Assembly (NCBI GenBank): GCA_951406725.2
Contig: OX597836.1
Coordinates: 23,684,001-23,748,000 of the forward strand
DNA: 64,000 nt
Reading direction: 5' to 3'
From: Octopus vulgaris
Taxonomy: Eukaryota
The translations under genes and the position numbers were made by a program. The first letter of the stretch is position 1. Each line of letters begins with the position of its first letter. The notes beneath the pieces are model-generated. The model did no database searches. It worked only from the letters and a program-made list of their open reading frames with translations, and was not told where the DNA came from. This document shows, piece after piece, positions 12,834 to 27,235 of this stretch.

Positions 12834-14853
12834 ATGAGTGCAATATTCTTTTCATTCTTCTATTTCTTTTTAAAACCTAAGTGATTCATCAATCGACTAA
12901 GGGATCTGCGGGAAATGCCTAGTTCATTGGAAGCCCTTTTTTATGATTTCTGGGGACTTCGAGTTCCACTCATATTAAGGAACTGTATATCTACTGTTCC
13001 CCACACTTGTATATTTTCCGAACTCAATAATATGTAAGAGTAAATATTTGTTGTTTTATATTCGATCATCGTCCATTGCCTGTACATGCATTATTGAGAT
13101 GCTGATTTACAAGATTTTTGTTTATACAAAATATATCTTATGATGGTGTATATAAAAAAGGTCTTCTTTTTACAGATTTCGGAGTAAAACCTACAAATCT
13201 TAGTCACAAATACACAGCGTTCATGAGATTTAATCAATTGTGTAAGGTGTTTGCTTTATATATTTCTTTCGGGAGATTCTCTGTGTTTGAACCTTCTAAC
13301 ATCTAAAATGATCTTTCATAGCAATTATTTATTTTCAATTAAACACTCGCTACTCCGATTTGTTCACAAACCTATTTCTCTGTGAAAATGCATACTGGTC
13401 ACTATACAGATATATTTTATTCATCGCTTTCAATTTTTCATTAAAATAATCTAATGTGATTTCAGGTCATCAGGCTATGGATTATACTAATATAAACACA
13501 CTGCTATCCACCAAGAAAATCTACCAGTATCGTAAACAGTTAAATATGTGCAGTTAGAGTTAAAACAAATTTAAAAGATTAAATACATTTTAGATCACAC
13601 CACTCCTTTTGATTGTTTAAAAATGTCACCTCCGGCAACTTTAATCTACCTTCATTCTTTTTTCTTTTTGCCGATCAAATAAACAAAACAAAATGTTACC
13701 GGAACAAATAAAAATGTTTCAAAACATATAAATAGCCCTTCAACTGATCAATCAGAAAATTCCAACTCTACGCTTTGTTCATTCGACCTTATCCCAGTTA
13801 GATCTTTTTTAGTACTTTGATGTATTTACTTCACTTGTTCTATATGCTTTCTCTCGTTTCACTAATAAGTTGCCTGTAAAGAATGCCAGGGACTGGAAAA
13901 TAAAAGGAAAGTAAAATAATATTAGCAATAAAAAAACGAACGTCCGCATTAAATAAGAACAATAATCAAAAGAAAAGTAGCACATCTAAGCTAGTCGCCA
14001 GAAAAAAGAAAAGGTAAATAATGAAGACGGAAAATATGCTGTAAACGAAGCTAAAAGATATTACAAAACAACGTGAAGAGAAGAGATTCAGGAGGTGAAC
14101 GACAAATTAGAGAAATAAAATATGGAGAATAAATGAAAGTTTGTGTTTAATGCCATTTTGGCGAACACGTCCCAGCGCGTTCACTTTTGCCTCTGGTCGG
14201 ATATTCTGTAACTTTTAACCTAAAGACCTAAACTATCCTTCATAAAGATAAAAACTAAGAGTATGTATTTTTCTATAAAAAAAAAGGTCTATTGCATGCC
14301 ACCAATTGAAACTCCCATTGAGGCTAAATTCAAAGCGAGATGAATTATTTTTCGAAAAGGGTATGGAAAAGTAGGATGGTTTTTGAGGGGAATAAGGATG
14401 ATTACTAAGGAAAAGTGTAAATGAGGAGTGCTGATATTGACAAGTGCATGACTTTTATAAAAATATAATTATAGGAAATCTTATATGTATGAATGAATAA
14501 ACATAATCCATGTTCATCTCACATATTTATATACAACTTGCATTGTGGGACATTAACTTCATTTGTTGACGGCTGGAGATACTGGGATTTCGGTACTTCC
14601 AACAAAACTTTCCATCCATCGTAGGTGTGCAGCTTTGAATAAAACTGGGAATGGCGAGAACTGCACCCACACAACATGTATTATGTCTTACTACTCGTCT
14701 TGAATTTGCTCTTTGTCCTAAGTTTTAATCGCTCGCATGTCTCGGCCACACTCTACATCTCTCTGCAGAGAATTATTGATCTCTGAATTATTGATTTATT
14801 ATTAATTCAAGCTACAATGTACAACATTTAAACGTTACTGTAAGCAACGTGCA

Positions 14854-14975
<122 letters not shown>

Positions 14976-15195
14976 GTGTATGTCTGTATGTGTGTGTGTA
15001 TGTATGTATGTATGTATGTATGTATGTATGTATGTGTGTATGTGTCTGTGTTTGTATGTGTGTATGTGTGCGTGTATACACGCACACATCTATGTATATA
15101 TATATAAATATATGTATATATAGACAGGTAGATATACATGCATACATACATATGCGTAATACATACAGGCATACATACATATGCATAGACACACA

Positions 15196-15234
<39 letters not shown>

Positions 15235-15539
15235 TGTGATATGATTTTTAACAAGTAGTAATTAGTATAGCACGCAATCAGTTAAGAGAGTAAAGATATT
15301 TTAATAAAAGCCACAAAATTAATTACTTTTGCCATTTATCAAGCAGATAAAATCAAAGAAACGCCTTATTAAACTGCGTTCGATGCCATCGATGTTAGAA
15401 TGAGCAGAGGCATTTAGAAAAAGATGGAAAAAAACACAAGGTAGATTTTAAACTTCACAGTAAATATAAGAAGTGTCTTATGAAAATTACAAAAAGAAAC
15501 ACTGGGATAGATATGATGTTTCCAGTGGTTTATCCTTAA

Positions 15540-15735
15540 CTAGCAGTATCGCCCGGCGTTGCTCGGGTTTGTAAGGGAAATAACTATATAACCATTTTTA
15601 GAGAGTTACTTCCCTTATATAATAGCAAAAAAATGCATTAAAAATGGGAAAAACGATGGTAAATTTTTTTTTTAATCGTAGACTCATCGTAGACGCGTGC
15701 TAATACCCAGAAGGGCTCGATATGAATCACGACTA
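15540..15735 (-). mobile_element. Helitron 3' terminal fragment
   Basis: Minus strand CCCGAGC-AAC-GCCGGG hairpin followed a few nt later by CTAG|T. Confidence 0.65.
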
Positions 15736-16298
15736 GAAACCCAACGGGACTAAAAATGAAAGATCGGGTGAAACTAGAATAGGTTCAACGACTATCTAGC
15801 AAACTCACGGACTCTCAGACATTCCGGGTTGATGTAAGATCACTAATATAAAACCAGGGAATATCATTGAACATTTTGGGGGTCTTTTGCTCGTGCTTGA
15901 GATCATGGTGCTCCCACATATCTGAGTCTACGACTCATTTTCATTCTGGATATCTTTCTCTGGATCATGTTAGTAGGGAGGAGAGAGTTTGCAAGATTAT
16001 ATGCAAGTCTTATTCGACCTAAAATCCTAGGATTTGCAATTAGGGAGGCGATTATCTGATACTCAGTCGAGTATGAGGAGAGTGCCGCGGCGGGCATAGA
16101 AGCCGAGGCTGCAAATCCGGGTGATGCCGACTGCTGGTGCAATAGTCTCACAGAAGGACATTGCCGACGTTTTGCATGGGCAATGCACACTGACGGTCTT
16201 CCATCAGCTTCATTTACACACACACACTCTCACTTACACATACATATACATATATATATATATATATATACATACATATATATGTATATGTATCTATA

Positions 16299-16357
<59 letters not shown>

Positions 16358-16544
16358 ATAATAAATATTAGGGAATAAATCCAAATTTACAGGGAAAATC
16401 AGATTTAGGATTGAATCCAATTTTATAGTAAAATATTATATAATATTAATTAGAGACAAAACCACTATTTTGCAAATCAAACAAAGAAAGACTTAATCCA
16501 ATACATAAAAAAATTTTAATATGAATTAAATAAAATTATATTCG

Positions 16545-16590
16545 CCACTACAATTGTTTCATGTCTCTTCTCAGGACATTCATCAGGTGG
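16545..16590 (-). ncRNA. type I hammerhead ribozyme
   Basis: Exact reverse complement of 16859-16904. Confidence 0.8.
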
Positions 16591-16625
16591 ATTTCAGATC
16601 TTCTATTCTATTTTAAGTTATGAAG

Positions 16626-16668
<43 letters not shown>

Positions 16669-16669
16669 G

Positions 16670-16706
<37 letters not shown>

Positions 16707-16858
16707 GGAGTTAGCGGTTGGAATAACCGTCTAAGGAATAAGAATATCCGTTATTACTACCGGTATAAATTACCTATGTTAACCCTGGGCATACATATAC
16801 AACCATATTATGCTCATAGAATACTTCATAACTTAAAATAGAATAGAAGATCTGAAAT

Positions 16859-16904
16859 CCACCTGATGAATGTCCTGAGAAGAGACATGAAACAATTGTA
16901 GTGG
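16859..16904 (+). ncRNA. type I hammerhead ribozyme (canonical core)
   Basis: CCAC CUGAUGA AUGUC-CUGAGAAGA-GACAU GAAAC AAUU GUA GUGG: stem I CCAC/GUGG, 5-bp stem II, palindromic short stem III, predicted cleavage after 16900. Confidence 0.82.
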
Positions 16905-16999
16905 CGAATATAATTTTATTTAATTTATATTAAAATTTTTTAATGTATTGGATTAAGTCTTTCTTTGTTTGATTTGCAAAATAGTGGTTTTGTCCCTAA

Positions 17000-17097
<98 letters not shown>

Positions 17098-17486
17098 GAG
17101 TTAGCGGTTGGAATAACCGTCTAAGGAATAAGAATATCCGTTATTACTACCGGTATAAATTACCTATGTTAACCCTGGGCATACATATACAACCATATTA
17201 TGCTCATAGGATACTGGCAATGGCAATGATAAAGAAGAGTTTATCAGGAATAAAATTTAAATTAAGCAGAAAATTGAGAAACCTTGATCCACAACAATTG
17301 ACTAACGTTGATTATTATTTTAATACAAAACTTTATCCCATCTATTATTCTCAATATTTTCAATGGCAACACCGTAGGACATTGGAAGTAGAAACGGCTG
17401 TTAGATGGGATAAACTTTTTGTATTAAAAAATAATACTCAATATTAGTCAATTGTTGTTGATCAAGATTTCACCATATTCTGATTA

Positions 17487-17540
<54 letters not shown>

Positions 17541-17559
17541 ATGTGTGTGTGTGTGTGTG

Positions 17560-18750
17560 TGTGGTAAGGCTTCAACATATTTAATACTACTCGATCACCT
17601 AAGAGAGAAAGATAATATGATAAAAATCACAGGTTTTTTTAAATAGGGCTACCCAGGGATTCCTGATCGAAAAAATTTATTTCTTAATTTTTCAAACTGA
17701 GAAGAAGACTGTCTCCCAGTTGCTTTTTAAAGCAGTTGACGTTTAAAGAAGGGACAGTGATAAGAAAGAAGACAAAAAGGATAGCACAAGGGATGTAAGC
17801 CAGTATTAAAAAGATGTTATCAAAATATTTCTGGATTACTATATGTCTCATGATCTATTTTAAAATTCCGCCAAGAAGTATTTCTTAAAATCTGAACATA
17901 CAGAATAAAAATTTCATTCCTGGAATTTATGTAGTCGTTTGGGGCTCTCAGGTTCTCTAAGAGATATAGTTTTTCAAGAGAACATACTGAACATCTTTGG
18001 GACTCCTTAATATAGGCTTTAGCTTCGGAGAGGATTTTCCATTTTATATTGTAGTTGGTCCCTTCGTCTTTAAGCCTCCACATTGAAGCCGGAAGGGTCT
18101 TTGAATGTCTCTTATCACGGCGCCTCTAAAATTCGTAAGACGGTTGTTTTATCTGGATTTAAATTTTCCTCCCATGGCTCAGATATAACATTTGATTTCT
18201 GCTCGACCATTGCCATAGTTCGCTGAAACCTGTACTTCATTAACAGCGGGTGCTATCTCACATTTCTGCTCTAGAGGACATTTAGATTTACCTTTGCATG
18301 TGCATCCAGGGTAGGCTCGAGCCATCTGCTGCTTGTTGATAGATGACTTAACATTTGAGGGACAAGAAAAGGTTATTTTAATCGCGTGTCTGTTAAAGAT
18401 TTTATAGCATCTGTGGGTTCTAGGAAAGTGGATATCTGCTAAGTGTAAGAATCTTCTACCTACATTTGTCCTAACATTAAGGGAGGAGGGGCGGGAGTCA
18501 ACCATAAAACTTTTCGAGACCTGCTCTTACTCCTAGATGATAAAGCAGGTGGGGTTATATAAAGATTTCATCATTAAAGCCGCTATCTAGCAGAACCTTA
18601 TTATAACATGAGACAGCCTTTTCTAATATTTCTTTGGAAGAAGACAGGCTTGTGATCTTATGGCTAAAGTTTTTAAATACAATAGATGGGTGTCTTACGT
18701 CCCGGAATCTAACACCCTTAATCCCCTAATCTCTAAGCCATGTGCCTCCA
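17560..18750 (-). pseudogene. Penelope-like element 3' portion (RT thumb/linker + GIY-YIG endonuclease), frameshifted
   Basis: SLNVRTNVGRRFLHLADIHFPRTHRCYKIFNRHAIKITFSC; CTCKGKSKCPLEQKC...VQVS...CYI*; WRLKDEGTNYNIKWKILSEAKAY...CSVCSLEK...INSRNEI. Confidence 0.85.
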
Positions 18751-18801
18751 TATTACACACACACACACAGACACACACACAGACACACACACAGACACAC
18801 A

Positions 18802-18862
<61 letters not shown>

Positions 18863-19129
18863 TCTCCCTGATGAAACAGGTAAATTTGATAAAAGTTAGT
18901 TCACTCAAGTAGTGGCTTTATCTGAAATTAATGCAACGTTGGTCACATGTTTCAAAACTACTCATTTTGCTTTTAAACAGCCACTCGACTTCGCAGGCAA
19001 CGGCAATCCTTACTGCACTATTAGCTTGGGAACTAGACAACAGAGACTCAAAATCAGGCCCGACTAAAAGTACGTATGTGCACAATATCTCACAGATTTG
19101 TAACTAAGGCTCTCGATCGCAACATACAA

Positions 19130-21010
19130 AATAACATTAAGGCTTATATGATGGTTGGAATTAAAGTCTCGATCTCGGATGCTTTCAGATAAACTCTTCC
19201 AGTCATCGCGAAGTGTAAACTTGTTGAGGAGTGGCGAGTGTGCTTCGATGAGAAAGTACTTAAAGATTTCTCAGCAGCCCAATTTGTAAAAGTTTTACTT
19301 CTTTTGGATGCAATAGTTAGCTGAGAATGGAGTTGTCAAAAATAGCAAAAGCTGCCGAGATATCGTCATCAAATCTCCATAAATGATATTGAATTTATCC
19401 TCACAGAATTATAGAGAATGCATTTGGCTTTTTGGACGTGACATCCTGTCTCCAAAAAAAGTGACATTATGCATGATAGTTGGAAGCTATCCAACAGAGT
19501 TTCTCATTTCTTTTCAACCTATACTGTCTCTTATCATAGTCTGCAAATGCGAGTCGGAACGCTCATTATGAGAAGTTGGTTCTTGGATGCAGCAAAATTG
19601 TATGACTAGCTGTCAAAAATCTTATGGCCCATGTGATTGAAGTTATTATGATTGGTCGTGTGAAGGGAGAAATTGTTTTCATTCTACGTATTACCTTCAA
19701 AACATTAAGATGTCTTACTCAATAAACATTAAATTTCTCAGACGCATTGTCTGACGACGTATCAATCTCGCTCCAGACCTCCCAAAAGCAGGAGAATCAA
19801 CGTTTAGCAATCGACTTCTCCAACAGCTTGTATTCTTCTCCTTTCTCAGTGACGACCGGTATAGTTTTCGTAAGACCAGAGTTACTGGAGACTTATTCTT
19901 TTACATAACACACCAAAGTGCCTTTTGCTTCCAGAAATGTGAACATTTGGTGTTTCGCACGTAATTCATGTAGCAAAAATTTCTGTCTTTTCCATTCATT
20001 TCTGTTGGATCGAAGGCTCTTGTCAGATAGCCCAATGGTGGTGTGTTCAGATGGAGCTACCTCTGATTTTCACGCTATCAACCTTGGCGTGGCTCAGTAT
20101 ATGGCTTTATAACCCCAAGTTTTCCGCCCTATACATTAACGAACTGCTTGTTATCAATTCCAAAGATTCCTATGCAAATGATACGATCATTTATTCGGCT
20201 CTAGCCTATCCCACCTAAGCGTCTCCTACATGTCGCTTAGACATCTCACGCTAAATCTGCATTAATTCCACGAACAGAAACATCGAAACATCCCTTAAGT
20301 TCGTGCTAATCTTGTTTCCCCTAACAGTATGAAAACGCAATCACTACAAATAAGTAAACAAATGTTATATCTCCTCTTAAACATAATCGTTTTGTTTTCA
20401 GGACTGTCCATGTTACTACATATACTAACTCCCACTTTCACTCTGTCACTAAAAAGTTCTGAATGTAGCGAGGGGTGTATCACAATGATGTCCATTTCTC
20501 TTCAAGGCCAGGAAATACGGCAACTTTTAAAGGGTTAATACTCACAATGCTATACTGCTTCCATAATCGGGGCGCCGATATGCTTATACATACATTCATC
20601 CTGTCCCGTATTGGCGATAAGGCCACGCAACTGGCTTGGCGAGCTACTTCATGTCGCTCGCCAACTCCAACTGCTTACCTTCGGACACGCTGTCTACTCT
20701 TTCAAACTTTTTTCTTACTACGATAGTGGCTCCTCTGAGTTGCTTGGTGTCTTTGACAACTCATCTTTCTTGCTCAGATCCCCCATCTTTTATATCCGGT
20801 GAGCATTAAATTTCACTTTATATAATTCTCTGTCCTTAACCAGAATATCGACTGTATGGAATTCCTTCCTTGCCCATTTTTGTTTCTGCAACCATAAACT
20901 TGCAACAATTCAAGAGTATCATTAATCGTGTTGATCTCCCCGCGCTTGAAAGACGTGTAAAGACAGCTACTTCAAGGCCAATGAGATCAATATTGGTGCA
21001 ACCCATTTCT
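19130..21010 (-). pseudogene. heavily decayed retroelement-like coding remnant (possibly L1/Tx1 ORF1-endonuclease)
   Basis: Coding-like composition with stops; LNKFTLRDDW resembles the APE 'L.D.W' motif; weak. Confidence 0.3.
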
Positions 21011-22077
21011 TTACATCGAAAAAATAAATTACTGTTTGAAACTTCACTGTGTGTGTTACGTTTACTTAAAAGTTATTTAAATGTTTGTATAATGGTTATT
21101 TTCTCAAACCACAGCTTTGATGAATAACATAGCAATTTTTAGTAGGTTATAAGCTGATCCACCCAGATAATATTGTTCATAAAAAATATGAAATCACACC
21201 TCCAAAAGATATAGGTATAAACAATGTCGTATATTTAGCTTCGAAATTCTGAGCTTATACATTAATCTATTCACTTGAACTTTGACTTCTTACCTTATGA
21301 AGAAGTCAGTAGCTGCACTGAATGACTCTTATTCATTATTCTTAAATGTACCATATTATCATTACTGCAAGGCGGTTCTATGTGCTTATTGCCAGGTGAC
21401 TATTACTGATGTGTATTTGTTTCCACTGAATAGTCAGTCTTACATTACTTTCTTAAGATTTGAAACGGTTGGTTACTCAAAACTTTGTTCATTCTCTACT
21501 TCGTCTCCTATGAAAGTGATATTAAATAGAGTACGTTAACTAAAAATAATTTGGTCGTTATCTTGATAATATTATTTAGTCTCCCTTTTTATGCGATGAG
21601 GTACGCAAGCTATGTGAAGATATAAATGTATATGACATTAGTACTAATAAACAGAACACTTTAAAACATCGAAAACAAAATAATAAAAAGTACAAAAGTA
21701 CCCGTTCAGAAATGGCTTATTATTATAATAAAGGCTGGGAACGTCGTATAGATAAGCTAGAGATAAGTTGTATCCGATAATCGTTTTTGATTCCTGAATG
21801 TAGCTTTACCACTTTACATCTTTTGAAATTCCATAAATGATACAACTGCATTCCTCATTTATTATTAGTCAATATTACTACCTCCAATTTAATCGACATG
21901 TTTGATCATGGATTGTTAAGAAGAAAATATACATTTGATACTTCATTGTATTTCTCCAAATCTTTTAATGACACACTGAGGTCACGTGACAGACAGGCTA
22001 GGTCGACCAAGTTTATTTCATTTGGCTCTTATGTTTGGACGCCACTTTAGATTTTGTACCCCTGGAATCTATAATAT

Positions 22078-22682
22078 TCGTTTCAAATTTTTCCACAAGG
22101 CCAGCAATGTCGGAGTAGATGGAAAATCGATTACATCGACTCCAGTATCCAACTGGTATTTATTTTATCGACCCCGAAAAGATGAAAGGCAAAATCAACT
22201 ACGGTGGGATGTGAACGCATAACGTGATGACGGACGAAATGCCGTTAAACATTTCGGTCGGTGTGCTAACGATTCTGCCAGTTCGTCGCTTTAATGTAAG
22301 ATACTCTGCGTGAAACGTGATTGACATTCGAACTCCTAAACATATAGACTCGCAGTCCAGCGTTCTAAATTCACATCCACGTACCACACTATTGGTTTCA
22401 AATTTTGGCACAAGGTCAGGCAATTTCGGGGGAAGGGGGCTTGTCGATTACAGTGCTCAATAGGTTGGAGTCTCAGGCGGGGAGCTAGCAGAATCGTGAG
22501 CAGGCCGGGCAAAATGCTTAGCGGCATTTCAACCGTCTAAGTTTAAATGTCGCCGAGTCTGCTTTACTTTTCATGCTTTCGGGGTCGATTAAATAGATAC
22601 CAGTTGAGTACTTGGGTCAATGTAATCAATTTACTCCCTCCCGCAAAACTGCTGGACTTGGGCCAAAATTTGAAACTAATAT
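22078..22682. mobile_element. cluster of decayed family B SINEs (minus ~22078-22290 and ~22393-22460; plus ~22477-22682)
   Basis: ATCGACCCCGAAAAGATGAAAGGC core and its reverse complement. Confidence 0.75.
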
Positions 22683-24700
22683 TAATAACAGGTCTGTACA
22701 TGAATCTATAAAATAAGTATAGGATGCGCAGTGCAGCCACCACTATTCACTATACTCTTCCTTACAAATGTATGACATTGTTCTAATACTAGAAAGTATC
22801 ATAGCGACGAGTGCCAAACAAAATCCTTGGAGTATTTAGTTACATTGTTGTATGTTCGGAACAAATTCCATCAGATTTGTCTTTTCCATTCTTTCATTGC
22901 TGACAAAAAAGAAAAAAAAGAAACTATCGTAGCAAATTTATGATTTTTGTGATGTGACAAGTTATTTACTATTTGCCATATTAAATCCATATTTTGAATA
23001 GATTATAGTTATTTTCCTTATATCAACTAGTTTCGCATGTATGAGAATCTCAAACATAAAATAGTTTAATAATTGGAAAATAGCTATACTTCAAATTAAT
23101 GTATTTTGCTTGTTTTCTGTCTTATTTTGGATATAAAGCTTATAAATAAATGGCTAGCTTATAGATAACTTCGTTGGTGGCACAATTCATCATGTTATTC
23201 CATTTTAAACATTAAATATGTTTCTGTTTTTCATCCTTTATTCATTAAGAGAGAAAGCAATGTCCAGCAAGGGATACGTGACTGGTGGGAAGGAGGAAAG
23301 TAGTCTCTACTCGAACTACGGTATTCAAAGTATCTTCTTTTTTCAAAACGCTAAGTTTAATTTGGAAGAAATTTGGTAACTACTTCTTGTAAGTCGAACG
23401 ATCACGTAAAAGCTTCTTCACTGGTAAATTTGTAGCATTGATTTGCCGCATGAAAAAAAAAAAGTTAAATCGCATCCCAGGATTATTTTGTACTTCCTGA
23501 AAGCCTTCTATGTCAAATCAGAAGGTCGATACCCAACTAGCATCCATTCAACAGTATCCCGAAATGAAGTTGCCTCAGTCATGAATCAAACTTAGGTCAA
23601 GACTAAAAGATATGTATTTGATGCTTGAATGATTTCTGTATTTTTGTATTTATCTATTGATTTTCCACCAAGCAAAAATGGGAGAATACGAATTTGTAAG
23701 AAGAAACACAAAAGGTTGTGGGAGAATTTAAGAAAGGTATAGAAAGTTATAATGGACAATATACATAGGTACAGGATTAAATGTGGAAAAATTCGAAATA
23801 ACTTATTGTTCTGACTTTTCATCTATTGAATTCAGTGAACATATTTAAAAGTTCAAGTGCTCAATTAATTTCGAAAACCAAAAGAAAATTCACTGATCGT
23901 TCTCCTTAATACATTGCTACATTTAAATATATAGCTACGCGTGAGTGGGTTTTATTAGTTCCTAGGGTACTATATACATTGGCTTTAACATTGACATGTG
24001 CATGTGAGAAACCTCTGGCACGTGAATTATTTTCGAATAAAGATTCGCGTCGAATTAACAAACAGAAAACACCCACCATTTCACACACAAGAACAAAATC
24101 CTTCGATGTATATGTAGAAAAGGTTTTCTCAGTAGCATTCGAAACTTTGTTATTTACATACAACCTGCCTGCCAATGTCACATCGTTTCTGTTCTCGTTT
24201 TATTATTATCCGTATAAATCTTGGCATGTGGTGTGAAATCTGTACAAAGAAATATTAAGCAAACAAAGGACAAGCGTGACAAGAAACTTATTTACTGATG
24301 TGACACGATGACAATATCAAATTGATGGTAAGTCTCAAACATTAAAGTATCATTCATCTTTGCCGACTGCTTAACAGTGAAAGTAGAGTTGCAGTGAGCT
24401 GAATCTACGGCCAGGAAAGTACAAGCATTACAAATTTTACCTCTCAATTCTGAAATAATTCAAAATTATCACCTATGTTAGTTAATCTTAATTTCATACC
24501 ACCAAATAATTGATTGTGAACTATTTAGAATGTGTGAAATAATTAGTTACATTTTAAATTTGTTTTTGATTTGTTTGAACAGCTAATTTGCTTGAAAATA
24601 TAATGTAATCAGAGTTGTACAAGTGTACTTTAAATTATACATACTTTGTAAATTTCTATCAAGATCTATCAATTTGACTGTGATTACAAAGGCGATAAAT

Positions 24701-25314
24701 ACCTCTGCTACCTCCGCCCTCCCTTTCAAGGACAGCTTCCGCTCAGACTAAGTCTGAGTTAGGAGAGCCACCTTTCTCGCCACCTCGCTCCAATTCTTCT
24801 CTATCTGGAGATCTGGACCTAACCGGATTCCAAGCATTTTCACCGGCTCTTCCGTCCAACGTCCTACGGCGCTGTCGGAAGGCATCGACTTGCCCCTCCA
24901 GGTGCCGAGTTGCAAGCCGACTGATTTATCCCGGTTGACTTTCGCTCCTGTCACCGCTTCGTAATCCCTTAAGGCCTCACCCACTGTAGGTGCTCGACCC
25001 GGGATACGATGACGGAGATGTCGTCCGCATACGCCGAAGCTGACTTTCCGCACCCTAGATCTTGCGGAGTGCCCTCATAGTTTCCAACCGCCTCAGCAAC
25101 GGCTTGAGGGCCAAAACGTAGAGAAGCTGGGAGAGAGGGCACCCTTGACGTACCGAACGTTCAATGCGGAACGGCTCCGAAAAGAAACCGTTCACCCGAA
25201 CAACCGATTCGATGTTGCTGTATAAAGCGTTGATCCATCCGCGGAAGGTCGGGCCGAAGCCAGCCGCCGTGAGGACTGCCGCCAGATACTGATGGTCTAC
25301 CCTATCGAACGCTT
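24701..25314 (-). pseudogene. Tx1/L1-clade LINE reverse transcriptase fragment
   Basis: AFDRVDHQYL..VL...GFGPTFRGWINALY...VRVNG...RSVRQGCPLS.LLYVLAL.PLL; YEAVTGAKVNRDKS; RKLSLKGRA. Confidence 0.88.
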
Positions 25315-25385
25315 AGATCGCTGAAAAATTCTACATCTTCGTATTGGAGGAAAAACAAAGTGAAAAATATATCAGAAAAATCGTG

Positions 25386-25776
25386 GGATCTTTCGGTTTG
25401 AACGGCAGTTTTTTCTGGCGGTGTCATATGAAATTATGATCCTAGTATCGATCTATTGCATTTCAATCTGTTTTAGGGTTAGGGTTAGGAGTGTGGGGAA
25501 GGGTATCTTTCTTCTTCAGAAATGTAAATAAACCTAATCTGTTTCTTAAACGAGGGACATAGAATGTTTTCACCTCAAATAAACGTCATTGATTGGTTGA
25601 AATTGCAGAAATTGAAGAAAAAAACAACAAATATCTTACAAACTATAGAATTTTCTCAATAAATCCAAGAGAAAAAAGATGTTTTATAAACACATTCTAC
25701 CAGTATACGAAGTTTAAAAGTGTTTAGTTACGTGGAAATTATGTTAAAAAAACTGCCGTTCAAACCGAAAAGATCC
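25386..25776. mobile_element. MITE with ~30-bp TIRs and 8-bp TSD (Merlin- or hAT-like)
   Basis: GGATCTTTCGGTTTGAACGGCAGTTTTTT ... AAAAAAACTGCCGTTCAAACCGAAAAGATCC; TSD AAATCGTG at 25378-25385 and 25777-25784. Confidence 0.88.
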
Positions 25777-26776
25777 AAATCGTGGATTTCTCTACTATTC
25801 AATATTCATCAACACGAGGTACCAGCATGCCGAATCCTTTCTTCTGAGAGTTACATCACTTCGAAACTAGTATCCTACCCAAAACAAAAATCTAATTGTA
25901 CTGCCCTAACAAATTGTCCACCTCGTTATGTTGTAGAGACGTTTTATTTTTCAGATTACATGGTTTTCATTTCTTTTCTAAAAACGACAAACAGTTTTGG
26001 TCCACAATATTTTGATGAATGAATTGGTACTGAATAAAATTAAAATCAAAGGCGCGAAAACAACCATTTTACTTGTTTATATACTTATTTATATAATTCG
26101 TTATTTATTTTAGATTCTTTAGAAGTCCATTTTAATATATTATCTTTCTGTGCAAAAATAACTACGAATCGTGAAGCCACGTCTTATATTTTTAATATAG
26201 AGATAAAAGTTTCAAGTTATCAAAAAGACTCTTGAAAAAAAATTTTTTGTATTGCTTATTGTATTCGAATAGTTAGTAACAGTCAAACTAAAATGATTGA
26301 TTTAAATGTCGCATCGTAAGTTTAAGTTTAAAAGAAACACCTGGGTGTTTGCAGTTGGAAATACTTTGAAGTCGCCAGGTAAAACATAAAAGAAAAAAAA
26401 ATACTTGCCGTGAATTATTCTCTTAGTAAAGAAAGAAATGTTTCAGGACTTAATTTACAGGATAGCAGCATGGCAAATACATTTCTTGTAATCAATGAGT
26501 TTCAGTGAGTGTTCATGAGTTCAATACTATGTCACTACAAAGATGATTCTTACAGATCACCGGAGAAGATATAAATCGAGATGAAGTACAGAAAACAGAT
26601 CGAAGTTTATTTTAATCTGCAGCTGAGGCATTTGCTTCGAAACCACATTGTTCGGAGTCGATCTCATTGCGCGGCACTTTGCTCAAGTGTCTGGTACTGT
26701 TGTAGGCTCGGACCTTGGTCGATGAAAACTTTACAGAAGACAGTTCTCTCTATCTCTCTCCGCCTCTCTCTCCCTC

Positions 26777-26838
<62 letters not shown>

Positions 26839-26888
26839 TATATATGTATATATATATGTATATATATATGTATATATATGTATGTATG

Positions 26889-26973
<85 letters not shown>

Positions 26974-26974
26974 T

Positions 26975-27235
26975 GAAGGCGCGTGGTTCAGTGGTTAGGG
27001 GCATTCGGCTCACGATCGCATGATCGTGAGTTCAGTTCCCGGCGACGCATTGTATCCTTGAGCAAGATATTGCATTTCACGTTGCTCCAGTCCACTGAGT
27101 GGTATGTGTATTTCAAAGGGCCGGCCTTGTCACACTCTGTGTCACGCTGAATCTCCTTGAGAACTACCAGCCACTTGCACGTCAATTTCACGAGCAAGCT
27201 GCTCCGTTGATCGTATCAACTGGAACCCTCGTCAA
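26975..27235 (+). mobile_element. tRNA-derived SINE (family D-related head and central domain, different 3' part)
   Basis: GGCGCGTGGTTCAGTGGTTAG...GAGTTCAGTTCCC head; TCCTTGAGCAAG...TTCACGTTGCTCCAGTCCACT. Confidence 0.75.

Larger units (their letters stand above)
16366..17010. mobile_element. Inverted PLE-like pseudo-LTR pair (arms ~16440-16626 and 16823-17010) flanked by (TA)n
   Basis: ~187-bp near-perfect inverted arms, each with a canonical hammerhead; the 16366-16450 end recurs at 55441-55530. Confidence 0.75.

Noticed and set aside
15903-16223. GC-richer 106-aa ORF
   Set aside because: No recognisable motif and starts within a microsatellite; probably an unclassified TE fragment
25473-25489. 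Telomere or chromosome-end signal
   Set aside because: Fewer than 3 full units and internal to a MITE
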